Below, one piece after another: positions 13,621-27,134 of a stretch of 64,000 nucleotides of DNA. How positions within the stretch are numbered: position 1 is the first letter of the stretch; each line of letters begins with the position of its first letter. The notes beneath the pieces were generated by a model. That model searched no databases. It saw only the letters and a list, made by a program, of their open reading frames with translations, and was not told where the DNA came from. Made by a program: the position numbers and the translations under genes. Source of the DNA: Octopus vulgaris (taxonomy: Eukaryota); assembly GCA_951406725.2 (NCBI GenBank), contig OX597820.1, forward strand, positions 80,042,001 to 80,106,000, in the 5' to 3' direction.

Positions 13621-14301
13621 GTCCTTTACACTAGTGTAGCCTCCAGCCTTTTTGTGGACAAAATCGTCATATAAAAAAAAAAGGATGTGAACATCAACAA
13701 AACCAAGTGGGTAATTTTCGAACGCAGTCCCTTGCGATGTTTATTCTGCACCGATTTACACAAACTCAATATGTCAATTGCACAGACAGAGATGTAATGA
13801 AACGTTGATTCCCCTCTTCTCTGTTTGCTCCTCCACTTGAATGTTATTCTCTTTTTTATTTTGGAGCCATGTCTAACGTCAGTATCGCCCACAGAAGCAC
13901 TGAAGAATCGTTGCATAAACCTTGTATTGTTCTGACTAATTGCTAATTTCTTCCTAGTCATCAAGGATTAATTACAGACGTAAGAAATGACGTTGAGATA
14001 TATATTCTCAGTTACCGGAATAAGCGAAGGGAAATAGTTCAACACGTGTTACACATAGAAAAAGAAAAACTAAAAAAACTACCATTAAATTGGAGTTTCA
14101 AAACACATGAACTCATATAATGCATGCCAGCGCCATCTGCTTTTGTTTTTGGTTGTTCATTCATGTGATAAAATTTAAATAATGTGATAAAGACATATAA
14201 ACAATCCGACATTAATTCACGGAGAAATAAGCAAATTCTCGCAAATATATATATATATATATATATATATTCATAAGTGTGTGTGTGTATGTGTGTGTGT
14301 A

Positions 14302-14332
<31 letters not shown>

Positions 14333-14451
14333 ATGCCTACGGGCATGTTTGGGCTGCTAAACGTAAAGTATACGCACATGTACACATATTTATACAAGCA
14401 TACATACACACGTACATACGTACACGCAGACACGCATACACTTATATGCAT

Positions 14452-14482
<31 letters not shown>

Positions 14483-14818
14483 GAATATGCAAAAATAATA
14501 GACAGACAAGGGAGAGAAAAGTGTATGTACGTGAGTATGTGTGTGCGTTTGTGTGTGTGTGCGTGTGTGAGAGTGATAAAACAACGCTATTAGAAAATCC
14601 CATGGGCCCAGGATGCAAAATTCCTACTTATTTTATTATTATAATAGTTGCACTTATCGAGTATATATATATCGTTTATAAACTATTATTACAGTTGCAC
14701 TTTGTGTTTGTGTATATGTGGATATATATTCTCTGCATGAAGTATGATGTGTGATAGTATAACATAAATATGCTGTGAATTGTATCTGAAAATGTATGCG
14801 TATAAAATGTATACACAC

Positions 14819-14874
14819 ACACATACATACATACATACATACATACATGCATACATACATACATACATACATAC

Positions 14875-14923
<49 letters not shown>

Positions 14924-15285
14924 TATATATATATAGATAGATAGATAGATAGATACATACATACATACATACATACATACATACATACATACATACATAG
15001 ACTGATAGATAGACAGACAGATAGATATATACATAGACAGCCAGAGATAAATAGATAGATAGATAGATAGATAGACTGATAGATAGATAGATAGACAATG
15101 ATAGATAAATAGATAGATAGATAGGTAGTTAGATAAATAGATAGATAAATAAATAGAGATAGATAAATAAATAGAATGATAGATAAATAAATAGATAGAT
15201 AGGTAGTTAGTTAGTTCGATAAATAGATAGATAGATAGATAGACAGACAGACAATGATAGATAAATAAATAGATAGATAGGTAGT

Positions 15286-15329
<44 letters not shown>

Positions 15330-15336
15330 CAGGCAG

Positions 15337-15392
<56 letters not shown>
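14819..15392. repeat. Compound (CATA)n/(GATA)n microsatellite
   Basis: Direct reading. Confidence 0.95.
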
Positions 15393-16149
15393 GGACAGAC
15401 GCGTTGACACATACAGATAAACAAACTACACGCATGTACTGAAAGAATCAATCGAAAACCTACCGACCTGATATTATCTGTAATAAACCAATGAACAAGA
15501 GTACAACTAGCAGAGATCGAAAATTCCATCTTTCAGATATTGAATGTTCTACTTTACTCTGCTGCGTTTACGATTCACCAATAGATAGAAGTAACGGAGA
15601 TCGATCACAGTGAGAAGAAACAACCAAAACGGCTGACCTTTCTCCAGACTTATATGAACAGGCTATAAAAATATAACTGTAGGCATTAGACTCTATAATG
15701 ATGTACTAAGTAAACAATAGATTTACTAGCCACCAACTGCGACTTTATAAGCGATTATCGAAGGTCTACTAAAAACACTGCCCCAAAATAATGAACGGTG
15801 ATAATCATTTGGTGAAGGAACCTAGAATTATAAACAAACAGCGTAACTCTGATGCATTGTGGTGAAGAATGTTTGTGTTAACTTCTCTCCCAAAGTTTAG
15901 AATATAAACAATGAAAATCTCTTGATGGTTGTTTAAACTCCCAGACGGAAAATCGCCTGGGAGAGAGACTTGGTTGTCGCTAAGCAGTACAGAGAATTCA
16001 CGTTCTACTGAGTAGACTTCGTTGAAAGTGTGTAAAATGGTAAAAAAGCAAAAACAGTGAACGCTGACCTTGATGTACCAGGCTGGCTAACAGTTGTATA
16101 TATATGACTACAAGCTAAAAAAAAAAAAAAAAAAAAGAGAGAACAAAAC

Positions 16150-16630
16150 AAAATAAAAAACGAAAAAGGCGAGAAACACATGCGGCCAAAAACTACAGAC
16201 CCGCTGCATTCTTGAATTGTCTGTTATAAGTTATATACAAGTTGCTTAAAAGTAGTCCCGCCAGGATCACTGTGAAATGTACAGTGTGGTGACTGAGGAG
16301 CAGGCAGACGGAAAGAAAGGGTTCTTGGTCTGCTCTATATAGTTAAACATCCACAAAGTTATTCTAAAGGAAGTGAAACGGGACTGTTGAAACCTGCTGA
16401 TTGTAAGGCTAGAGTGTTTGGTTCTGCTTGTCACTTATAGATAGCTGATGCTATTAACAGACTGATAACAACATGGTCTACAGGACTATCCACAGGAACT
16501 GCCGCTTCTACGATAGTCACAGCAGGAATATTTCAATGTGATGCTTTGTCTGTATTTCTTTTCGTACTAGTAATGAATCCTTTGTCATCCTTGTTAGGGA
16601 AATGCGAAGGGGACATAAGATCTGCAGATG
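16150..16630 (+). pseudogene. Decayed non-LTR reverse transcriptase fragment (R4/Dong-like)
   Basis: Broken-frame motifs KNYRP, EEQADGKKG and GIFQCDALSVFLFVLVMNPLSSLL (cf. GIFQGDSLSP). Confidence 0.65.
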
Positions 16631-17491
16631 AAAGAAAACTTCAGGTTTTGTGGATGACCATAGACAGTTTTCTTGTAATGTTCACAACACTCGAGGCGGT
16701 GAGCTGGCAGAATCGCTACCGCGCCGGGTAAAATGCTTAGTCGAGTAGAAATCCTGCGAAAGTCGATTTTGCCATTCACCCTTTTGGAGAAATAAGTGCA
16801 ATTTGAGTACTTGGATCTATCTAATCGACGTAGCCCACTTCAAAATTGCTGGCCTCGTGTAAAATTTGAAACCAATATTCCCAACACTAAGAAACTAGGT
16901 ATTCTAAAAAACACTGGTGAAACCATAATGGAGTGTTGCTACTCACACATATTGGAGTGTTGCTACTTAAATCATAATGGTTCTGTTGCTACTCACATAA
17001 GTCCTAAACCGAAACCAGAAAAGAACCAACCTACAGATTTGCATCAAGCCACTCACAGACATACTTCACCCTGTGGTTCACAGATACATTCTCTCTTCTC
17101 TTTACCATTTCCATGACTATTATAATGGGCTCTGCTTCCCGTAACCAGCTGAGCCGCATGTCGTGTTCATTCAGGTACTTCCATCCTACTCATCTCTTCG
17201 CTGCTAATCATCCTTGTTTTGACTAACTCCATCACCAGGTCCCGCACAAGTCACCACACCCACGTATTCCTTCCGAGTATGCTGGTCTTCTGGAATCGCC
17301 TCTATGTTTATATCTTTATTGCAGGTGTTTCAATACAAGGGTCCATTCACTTAACTTTTTGAGGGCCTACAAAGTGCAGGAAAACAATCTCTTTGTCCAG
17401 ACTCAAATTAAAAAACTGTGTACCAAATGTATAAGTCCATTCAAGACCACTATTTCTCTTAAACTGTCTTATATATAACATTCATAAAAAT

Positions 17492-17662
17492 AATTCATTT
17501 TTAACGGTAGAACTCGAAGTAGATAAAGCTATAAAGATAGCGTGAAGATATTAGGTTAAAAAACTCTTTGTTTTTTTCTATCCAAAGTGTTTTTTAACCC
17601 AATATTTATACGCTATTTTCTATAGATTTATCTACTTCGAGTTTCACCGTTAGAAACGAATT
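17492..17662. repeat. Imperfect fold-back inverted repeat
   Basis: ~80-bp arms, e.g. AACTCGAAGTAGATAAA / TTTATCTACTTCGAGTT; ~12-nt loop. Confidence 0.85.
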
Positions 17663-17851
17663 GCTTCACGTCTTTCTAAATTTTTATGATATTAATCCAT
17701 AACGATTATATTTTTCTTCAAAAAAGTAATTTTTTCCCCCTCTTTTTCAGCTTTCGTCTTTCAATTCATCAATAACAAATATGTAACCATGGTTATTCAT
17801 TTCATCTCATATTACAAATAGGTTGTTTACTCCAAAATATGTTTCTATAAC

Positions 17852-18000
17852 AGGCGCAGGAGTGGCTGTGTGGTAAATAGCTTGCTTTCCAACCACATGC
17901 TTCTGGGTTCAGTCCTACAGCAAGTGTCTTCTGCTCTAGCCTTGGGCCGGCCAAAGCCTTGTGAATGGATTTGATAGACAGAAACTGATATAAGCCCGTC

Positions 18001-18054
<54 letters not shown>

Positions 18055-18238
18055 TTGTTCCTCCGACATCACTTGATAACCGATGCTGGTGTGTTTATGT
18101 ACCCGTAACTTAGCGGTTGGGCAAAAGAGACGAATAAGTACTAGGCTTACAAAGAATAAGTCCTGGGGCCGATTTGCTCGACTAAAGCTGGTGCTCCAGC
18201 ATGGCCGCAGTCAAATGACTGAAACAAATAAAAGGATA
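17852..18238 (+). mobile_element. SINE family A, near full length
   Basis: GGCGCAGGAGTGGCTGTGTGG head, internal (TA)n(TG)n, tail GGCCGCAGTCAAATGACTGAAAC. Confidence 0.9.
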
Positions 18239-18620
18239 ACATTTTCTGTTTTACAATTTATTACCAATTAAAATGCAAATTTCATAGACAAGTATTTTTA
18301 CTTTCTTTTTTTTTTTTTACTTTGAAATGAAAACGGATTTTTCACTTTAATAAAAATTCGAATTATTATAATTTCATAATTAAACTGAAAACTGGTAACA
18401 TTGTTTTTGTATATATTCTGCTAAAATAACCGGACGTGAAATGCGATTTTGTTGCAGTTTTTTAAGAATCTTCGTTTCTCAAACACACGCACGCGAGCAT
18501 ACTCACACAGAATTTTAGAATAAATTTTCATAAGTCCGTGACACATTAGTAACAGATTAAATTTATTAGAAATATTAATATTTCTAAGTCTCTCTAAATG
18601 AGACTACGGCAGCGTACTGG

Positions 18621-18807
18621 ATATTAATAGCTATCGCCAAGCTAATATGGCAGTCCAGAAATATAGGACGAATGTTGCCGTTGATTAGCTCCAAGAGGCC
18701 TTCGCCTTTAGCTAGCTATGTGACACACGAACCTGTGTCCATTATAATGGCAGCTTTCGTACTATATTTCTGAACTGCCTTATTAGCTTGGTGATAACTA
18801 TTAATAT
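18621..18807. repeat. Imperfect inverted repeat
   Basis: ~59-bp arms 18621-18679 and 18749-18807. Confidence 0.85.
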
Positions 18808-20043
18808 TAAATTTATTATTATTTATATATTATATAGTGATTGGAATGTTAGCAATTTGTGGAAAGAAAATTGGTCTGTTTATCTTGTTTCTTATTGAGA
18901 GTAGACGATTTACAATATCGATATACTCAGGCACCATTATATTCAGAGATTTCTGGATAAAATGAGAGTATTATCGTTTGAAATGCAGGCTAGTCAGCTC
19001 CTATAGTTTTTGATTGAATTATTGTCTTGAAGAAAATAGAAAGCAAGGTTAACCGGGCTGTCATTTTGTGTGTTGCTAAGTGCTATAACGATATATCTGG
19101 AAATAGGAAATTATGGAAAATACCAGTGTTTTCTCTATTCCAGTTTAGTGGAAAATGTGAACGCCAATGACCTAGAAGTTACACTGGGCGTCGGGAAAGA
19201 AGCACAACATAAATTGTAAAGAAGGCTTTCATGTGGATGAAAATGGATATATGCCAAACCCATTAGCCTTTAAATGATAACAGATTAAAGTAACTAGAAG
19301 CAAGACAGGATTCGACAGCGGGGGGGATTCTGTGTCAGAGAAGATGCACTGAAATGATCTGAACAAAATGAAGCTGGCATTTATAGTTTCGAACAATGTT
19401 TGTGGATTGTTGTCTTACGTTAAGGAAAAAAAAAATTACTATTTCTTACATGAAGAAACCAGAGCTTAATTCAGTGTGAATCAAACCAGATTGTTGCTGT
19501 CTTTTTGTCTTTGATGCCGTCGTTAATATTGTTTGTTTAGCCCTTGGTTAGTCTTGTTCGAGAAGACCCGTGATCAAATGTGTTCCAGCTGTAACTCTCT
19601 ATTTTATTTGTTTCAGGTAGTTTACTTAAATTTACATAATGCCATGAATCTCGAGGGAGATTTGGTCATTATTTCTAGCAGGCTGAATGACTAAATACAG
19701 TACTCCTTGGCTCGATCGCTAAGTTGTTTCATGTGGCAACAATGTGGTGTGTGTGTGTAGGTGTACATATATAAATATATACATACATACAAATTTTGGT
19801 TCCTTCTCTGCAATTTATTTTCCTGCGAGGTCGACTTTGCCTTTCATCCTTTCGGGGCCGTCAAAAATAAGTACCAGTTGCGTACTGGAGTCGATGCGAT
19901 CGTCTTATCTCCTTCCCCCCGGAATTGCTGGCTTTCTACCAAAATTTGCCACCCTCGTACACGAATGATTTTCAGTAAATTCCTCCGGTTTCTCTTTTCC
20001 TCTCTGCTACATCTCCTCCGTTGCCTTCAACAGCCGCTACGCT

Positions 20044-20082
20044 CTTCTTCTTCTTCTTCTTCTTCTTCTTCTTCTTCTTCTT

Positions 20083-20113
<31 letters not shown>

Positions 20114-20465
20114 TTCTTCTTCTTCTTCTTCTTCTTCTTCTTCTTCTTCTTCTTTTTCTTTTTCTTTTTCTTTCTTCTCCCATTCGTCTTCTTCCTGTGT
20201 TCTTTTTCTTCCTCCTCTTCTTCCTATCTTCTTCTTCTTCTTCTTCTTCTTCTTCTTCTTCTTCTCTTCCTCCTCCCATTCCTTCTCCTCTCCTTTTTCT
20301 TCTCTCTTCTTCCTCTTCCTTCTCCCCTCTCCTCCCCTCCTACTTCTTCTTCTATCCTTCCCCTTTTCCTTCTACTCTTCCCCTTCTAACTTCTTATTCT
20401 TCTCCTCCTTCTCCTCCTCTTCCTCCTCCCCTTCCCCCTCCTCTACCACATGTCTTTTCTTTTTC
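20044..20465. repeat. (TCT)n and polypyrimidine tract
   Basis: Direct reading. Confidence 0.95.
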
Positions 20466-21286
20466 TGAATATCATCATAATAACAAAGGCAAAACAAAAA
20501 AACAAAACAAAAAAAAAACAAGCAATATATTTATATAAAAGTATTACAAGTAAATTTCAAAAGAAACATATATAAATATTATTATCTTCTCTTCCTTTGC
20601 AACCACTTTCGTCATTTTCGACGACATTATACGAGAGGACAATCTCCCTCAGCTGCGACATATCTCCGCACCACCGCCTTTTCATGCATTTCTACTCTCA
20701 TCTCCTGTTCCTTTCCTCCCCTTCCCCATTCACCTTTATCTCTCCCTACCTTTTTCCTCCTCTTCTCTCTCCTCTCTTCTCTCTCTCTCTCTCTCTCCTC
20801 CTCCCTCTTCCCTCCTCCTTCTAATCTCCGCCATTATAATTGCTATTACTCCAATAATTCTATTTGGTATGACTCCCAGTGAAATATCCTCACTTTCATA
20901 ACCATATAATTAACGCTAATTCAAACTTAGCCAAATAAAAAAAAATAAAAATTCACAAGGAGAACAAAAAATAAAAAAGACTCTAGATTGAAAAAGAGCA
21001 AAAACATTTATAAAAGAGAATGAAGTTAAAAAGTAAGTCGGCATTGTTTATCGGTTTTTAAAGTTAAAGATCCCACGGTACAACTTTTGAGGATCAGATG
21101 CTGTTCCTCTAACATAACTTAAATTCGCTGTTTTCCGTTTAATTGAATAAGCTCGACAATTATATCATTGTAGTCAAAGAAAGGTTTAGACACGAGTTTT
21201 TAACAGAAGTTATAAAGCTGTTTGATATTTATACATATATATGTTCTTAAATGTATACACACATACACGCACACACATACATACTT

Positions 21287-21334
<48 letters not shown>

Positions 21335-21472
21335 GCATATATATATATATACATATATATATACACACATATATACATATCTATATATATAGGTACATAT
21401 ATGTATAAACATGTACATATGTATATATATATATATATATTTATTATATAGAAGGAGCTTCTACAGGACTAG

Positions 21473-21521
<49 letters not shown>

Positions 21522-22059
21522 TGTGTTGATACAAACTCAAGTTATTTAGAACAGCGAAGATGGAACGATCTTCTTAAAAATGAATTTATTGAAACAGCGT
21601 TTGTCATCGTCTTCATTGCCCGACACCAGGAATGAAAAGCGGGAAAGAGAAAAGGTGTGAGAGAAAGAAGGAGAAAAGCAGAAACAAAAATAGAGAGAGA
21701 AGGGGATAGAGAGGTAGTGAGAGGATGCCAAACAGGAAGAGAAAATGAAGAGAGAAAGAGAGAAAAGGAGAGAGAAAGGCACAGAAAAATGGCAGAGAAA
21801 GGGAGAGAGAAAGACTAGTAAATATATGACGCAAGTGTTAAATTAAATTCAACTTTTGTTGATTGCTAGTTTGAACAGCAAAAAAGTCTCTCAAAAGAGT
21901 TTCATTATTGAGTTCGCCATCTAATTTTACACGCAGCATTTTAAATAACGCCTACGCTTTCAATAGAACCGCCAAAATGTTACCTTCCGTAGCTCGAAAA
22001 GTGTTTTATAAAAGTATTTAGCGCCATAGATCAGAGTTTGTGTCACGTTGCTTTGTGAG

Positions 22060-22260
22060 TTGTATTACGTCATAGAAGACTATGACGTTATCGGTTGTTA
22101 GGAAAATATCCTTTTACCAACCTGATTTCAAAACGGATTTTACGGCGTAAAAGGGGCGCCAAATATTTAAATGCCATTGCAACTTTGTGCTGATCGACAA
22201 CAGCAACTTTCGCCCTTTACCGATTCTTGAAGAAATCGTTTCTATTTCCTTTATATTAGG
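22060..22260 (+). promoter_or_regulatory. Candidate promoter/5' leader of the PYA ORF
   Basis: CRE-like TTACGTCA and TGACG near 22065-22090, palindrome TTTTACG-G-CGTAAAA 22138-22152, TATTTAAA 22164-22171. Confidence 0.45.
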
Positions 22261-22803
22261 ATGAATTATGTAAATAAACGTGTCAACTACAACCGGGCAA
22301 ACAATTTAGCAAGGGAAAATCTGTCAGTAAAGTATGGAATGGTAGTGCCTACCATCAATTCAGTTCCGCACTATATGCTCAATTTTTGCTACACAGGTTC
22401 CAGGAAACGACGCGACAAGAAAGGCCACGCCAATACATGCCCACCCTACGCTACTTTAAAGGATGATAAGGTTTCAACTAGTCCAGACTTTCGCCTTCAT
22501 AGTCCGTATGCTACAGATTCCAATTACTCTTGTAAATCTTGTCCTTCGAACACAACTTGTAATTTCTACTTGCATGATAAAGAAATATATTCTCCCAAAG
22601 CTCCTTATGCTGTTTTCGATGAATCAGAAGAATATAGATCGATGACAAAAGACGGTAACTATGTACTACAATACCCGTATGCAACCAGCTTAACAGCCTC
22701 AGGTTCAAAGACGACTTGTCAAAGCGCGCAAGTTATACCTCCCTACGCTTTGGACGTCCAACAAACTATAGGTATGATGCAACAAAGAGACTGTGTGTAT
22801 TGA
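22261..22803 (+). CDS. Unrecognised Tyr-rich protein with five PYA motifs (intronless gene or terminal exon)
   Basis: 180 open codons in non-repetitive sequence; CPPYAT, HSPYAT, KAPYAV, QYPYAT, IPPYAL; basic RKRRDKK; AATAAA at 22899-22904. Confidence 0.65.
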   Translation: MNYVNKRVNYNRANNLARENLSVKYGMVVPTINSVPHYMLNFCYTGSRKRRDKKGHANTCPPYATLKDDKVSTSPDFRLHSPYATDSNYSCKSCPSNTTCNFYLHDKEIYSPKAPYAVFDESEEYRSMTKDGNYVLQYPYATSLTASGSKTTCQSAQVIPPYALDVQQTIGMMQQRDCVY

Positions 22804-23308
22804 AGATGTAACGTTTGCTTTTAGAAACATTTCAAAAACATACGCTTTTGAGTTTTCATTTTTGTCATTCGTTCCATACAATGCTTATCAAATTAGTCAA
22901 TAAATCTTTTTGTCATTTCCCCGCCGCCAAATTAGACTTGCTGTTTACTTATTGTCTTCATTTACATTAAGTTTACTTTAAAAAAATTTTTTTACAAAAG
23001 CTGTAGATTTCTGCAAGTACATACACATATACAAACAAGCATACAACTACAACTACACATACACATATATACATGTTTCGCGCACACACTAACACACACA
23101 CACACATATATATATATAACATATATACATATATATATATATAAATATATATATACATACATATATATACGTATATATATACGTATATTATACATATATA
23201 AGTATATAGATATATATGTATATATCTATATACATATATATGTATACATATATATGTATACATATATATGTATACATACACACAGACACACATATACACA
23301 CATACATA

Positions 23309-23350
<42 letters not shown>

Positions 23351-23475
23351 TATATTAAAGCAGAAATGGAAAGGCAATATAATGAAAAGGTTTCTGACAG
23401 CTGTTTTCGTGGCACGTCAATTTGAGCACACAGAACGCACACCTATTAGTTTGAATCACTCTGTTCGAAAACTCT

Positions 23476-23516
<41 letters not shown>

Positions 23517-23550
23517 TACACACACACACACACATGTATCTATGCAAAGT

Positions 23551-23926
23551 GGAGGCGCCATGGCCCAGTGGTTAAGGTAGCGGACTCGCGGTCGTGGGAT
23601 CGCGGTTCGATTCCCAGACTGAGCGTTGTGAATGTTTATTGAGCAAAACACCTAAAGATCCACTAGGCACCGGCAGTGGATGGTGGTGAACCCTGCTGTA
23701 CTCTTTCACCACAACTTTCTCTCACTCTTTCTTCCTCTTTCTGTTGTACCTGTTTTTCAAAAGGCCAGCCTTGTCACACTCTTTGTCACGCAGAAACTCC
23801 CTGAGAACTACGTAAGGGTACATGTGTCTGTGGAGTACTCAGCCACTTGCACGGTAATTTCACGAGCAAGCTGTTCCGTTTATCGGTTCAAATGGAACCC
23901 TCGTCATAGTAACCGACGGCGTGCCA
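23551..23926 (+). mobile_element. tRNA-derived SINE sharing the family C 3' tail
   Basis: TGGCCCAGTGG A-box, GGTTCGATTCC B-box; tail GGCCAGCCTTGTCACACTC shared with 10655-10970. Confidence 0.8.
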
Positions 23927-23948
23927 CGACAATATATATATATATATA

Positions 23949-24335
23949 TCTCTCTCTATATATAAACGGCAGTTTGTCTGTGCGTGTTTCTGTGTGTCTG
24001 TTTTCTCGTACCCTCACTCTGACCACGGCTTTCAACCGATTCTGATGAAACTTGACACACACATAGCCCAATGTCATAATTCAAAACTAACGCAGCGAAA
24101 ATTTTGAAAAGTTCCCCCAGTTCTGAAAAAAATCCATAAATTCAACATGGGGTCGAGAATCAGAAACCCAAACCACAGACCGTCTAGGGGACGCAGCTCC
24201 ACCTTTTTTAACTCTCAAAAAAAATTTACCATCATTTTTTTTCCATTTTTTTGCTATTTTTTGGTTATAACTCTCTAAAAATGCTTTATAGTTATTTCCC
24301 TTACAGACCTGAGCAACGCCGGGCGATACTGCTAG
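23949..24335 (+). mobile_element. Non-autonomous Helitron
   Basis: Starts TC after A, GC-rich hairpin 24308-24323, ends CTAG before T; no target-site duplication. Confidence 0.8.
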
Positions 24336-24392
24336 TATATATATATATATATATATATATATGCAATGTATATATGTGTGTTTGTATATATA

Positions 24393-24428
<36 letters not shown>

Positions 24429-24437
<9 letters not shown>

Positions 24438-24690
24438 AATTAAGGACTGAACACGAAAAAGTGGACAGTCAACATGCTAGATATAGACGTCAAATCAAAC
24501 TCTGAGAACATAGACTTTTTGTGGGGAATGGCGATTTGACGTCTATATCTAGCATGTTAACTGTCCACTTTTTCGTGTTCAGTCCTTAATTGGTATATAT
24601 AAATATTTTAATCTTCGGATTCTTTCTTTAATATGCTAGACCACTGGTTCTAATTGATAAATATCAATTTTTACCCTAAATTTAATGTTA
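24429..24690. mobile_element. Short fold-back element in (TA)n (second copy about 29700-29960)
   Basis: 68-bp arms 24429-24496 / 24533-24600 plus a unique tail ending TTTACCCTAAA. Confidence 0.7.
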
Positions 24691-25799
24691 TATATATATA
24701 TATATATAATCGTTTATACGCACATATAAACATATATGAACGACGAAGCTACTCTCTGCTTTACCCCCTCCTCCACTCCTCCCCTCTTCTTCCTCTCCTC
24801 CTACTCATCCTCTTCCTCCTCCTCCTCCTCCCTATCTCCTCCTAATGTTGTGACTTTTGTGCTGTATATCGGTTTAGATATTCGAGATTGTTTCCCGTAT
24901 GTGCTAGAATCACGACGAATGCTCAGCAGCCATACAGTCCGATCGAATTTCTAATGCAGCCATTCTTTCTTGCAACATGGGACTATTCTGTCTATCGAGT
25001 AGGATTTGATCTCATCTCTGCAGCGAAGCCCTCTTCCATACAATCTCTTCTCCCCTTTTGTTCTTTCTGATCAAAATTTATCCTTAAGCTAATGGTATTC
25101 TTCTCATTACAGATGATTTTCCCCCTTTTATTCTATGTTTTCATTTATTGTGTCAAGAGGCTTTTCAAATTTGCAAAGGTTGATGCTCCACTGCCTCGCT
25201 GTAACTGTTGCAAGCCGAGACATGACAGAAAATTACGATGAGCTCTAAATGGTAAATATTCCAGGTAGGGACTAATATGTGTAGTAAGTTAGTAAGGGAC
25301 CTGGGGGTAATTACGGCGTAAAAGGGACGCCAAACCTTTAAATGCCATTTGCAACTTTGTGCAGATTGTCAGTAAAAACTTTTGCCCTTCTCAGATTCTT
25401 TAAATTCATTACTTTTTCGTTTGTATTTGCTTTATATTTCCTTCTACTAAATATTGTCGATGCAGGCAGAATTGTTAGCGTGCTGAACATATTTGAACTC
25501 TTAAAGGTAAATGCACTGTTGTTACTCTGGAGAAAAAAAATCCTTTCTTGTGATTAAAAGTGTAAAAGAACCCTATCTGTCCAGGGCTAGCCCCTGTCGA
25601 ATTCCCAGACGCGTTTCTAGCTCTCGCAGTTTTCAATAAGAAATACAGAAGAGAGGCTTAATTAAAGCTTTAGCTTTAACTAAAACACAATCAATAACAT
25701 TGACCAAGTTGTGCCACTTCACCGCCAGGTGGAAAGAATTTCCTCAGTATCAGGGCCAAGCAGTGTTTAGGCATAAGCGAACTTTAGGTTAGTTAAAAT

Positions 25800-26110
25800 A
25801 TATTGGGACAGAAAGGGTATCAATGAGGAGGCATGTTTTTTGTCTGAAGTCTTTCAATATGACGTCTGGCCTATTCGCATCTATCTTTCTGTCAGTTTGA
25901 ATGGTGAAGTTCCAGAGGGGTAAGATGTGGTCATTTTCAAGCACTGGAGGTGGTTTGCGTTCCCACCAACTTTTATCATGGGGCAAGTTCAGACTTTGGC
26001 AAATTACCCAGTGAATATATTGTGCAGCTCTATCATGCCTGTTGAGATATACTGTAGGCGCAAGAAGACTGCACTTGGAGACGACATGATCAATGGTTTC
26101 ATTATTATTG
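25800..26110 (-). pseudogene. R4/Dong-like LINE fragment, zinc knuckle and RLE start (copy at 31070-31380)
   Basis: ETIDHVVSKC, RHD, ANRPDVILKD...LLID motifs; begins at (AAT)n. Confidence 0.85.
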
Positions 26111-26111
26111 G

Positions 26112-26199
<88 letters not shown>

Positions 26200-26203
<4 letters not shown>

Positions 26204-26350
26204 TCTCTCTGTTTATTTCCTCGCGCTCCTTTCTCTTGAAGAGCGTAGGCTCGAAACGTAAAGGACTTTCTCACCTTCGCGAGCGTCAAACTAATACACC
26301 TGCTTGTTGTTTATACACCTGTCTTTGTCTTTTGCTTTTCTGTAAATTTC
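26200..26350 (+). mobile_element. PLE-like 3' end with hammerhead-like motif (family P2; copy about 31465-31615)
   Basis: CCTTT-CTCTTGAA-GAGC GTAG GCTC-GAAA-CGTA-AAGG at 26228-26264. Confidence 0.55.
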
Positions 26351-26351
26351 A

Positions 26352-26389
<38 letters not shown>

Positions 26390-26391
26390 TA

Positions 26392-26436
<45 letters not shown>

Positions 26437-26446
<10 letters not shown>

Positions 26447-26841
26447 TGTTGTATTTAGGAATGGTCATTTTGCCAGTTTAGCCAATAAAAACACACGCAC
26501 TATATATTTGGTGTTACTTTTGCTTCAGCGTTATTTATTTTTTACATTAATCTTAATCTTATTTCGGCCAGAGTTCTTTCGTCATACTCCTATGACGGCA
26601 TCAGTGGTCCTTTGCTTTCTTCTTTCTTATTTGTGTGTCTTTCCTTACTAACGGTGAGCCATTTTGTATTTTGTATTTCTATTGTGTGTCTTCATTTGCG
26701 CATGCGTTTACCTCTATGTGTGTCTATGTTTAGTTAGTGTGTGTATGTGGGGAAGTGCCTGTAATATTTGTATCTCTTGTTTATATACGTTCGTGTAATT
26801 TGTTTTTGTTTATTTTATTTTCTTCATGTGTTTACACCTAC

Positions 26842-26845
<4 letters not shown>
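26437..26845 (-). mobile_element. PLE 3' end family P1 with hammerhead-like motif at 26566-26610 (copy 31728-32125)
   Basis: Homologous to 48628-49030, which lies downstream of a GIY-YIG ORF. Confidence 0.75.
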
Positions 26846-26893
<48 letters not shown>

Positions 26894-26914
26894 CATCATT
26901 ATTATGTATGTATG

Positions 26915-26945
<31 letters not shown>

Positions 26946-27015
26946 TACGCATGCGCAAGTGAAGATACATACAATAGAAATACAGAACTCTCTCTCTATA
27001 TATATATAAATACAA

Positions 27016-27059
<44 letters not shown>

Positions 27060-27063
27060 TATT

Positions 27064-27134
<71 letters not shown>

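Noticed and set aside
19140-19280. EGF-like exon (NCKEGFHVDENG) after a good acceptor
   Set aside because: Stops flank it closely and the cysteine pattern is incomplete
22261-22803. Reflectin, suckerin or Hox exon identity
   Set aside because: Lacks Met/Asp reflectin repeats, Gly-rich modules and YPWM/homeodomain
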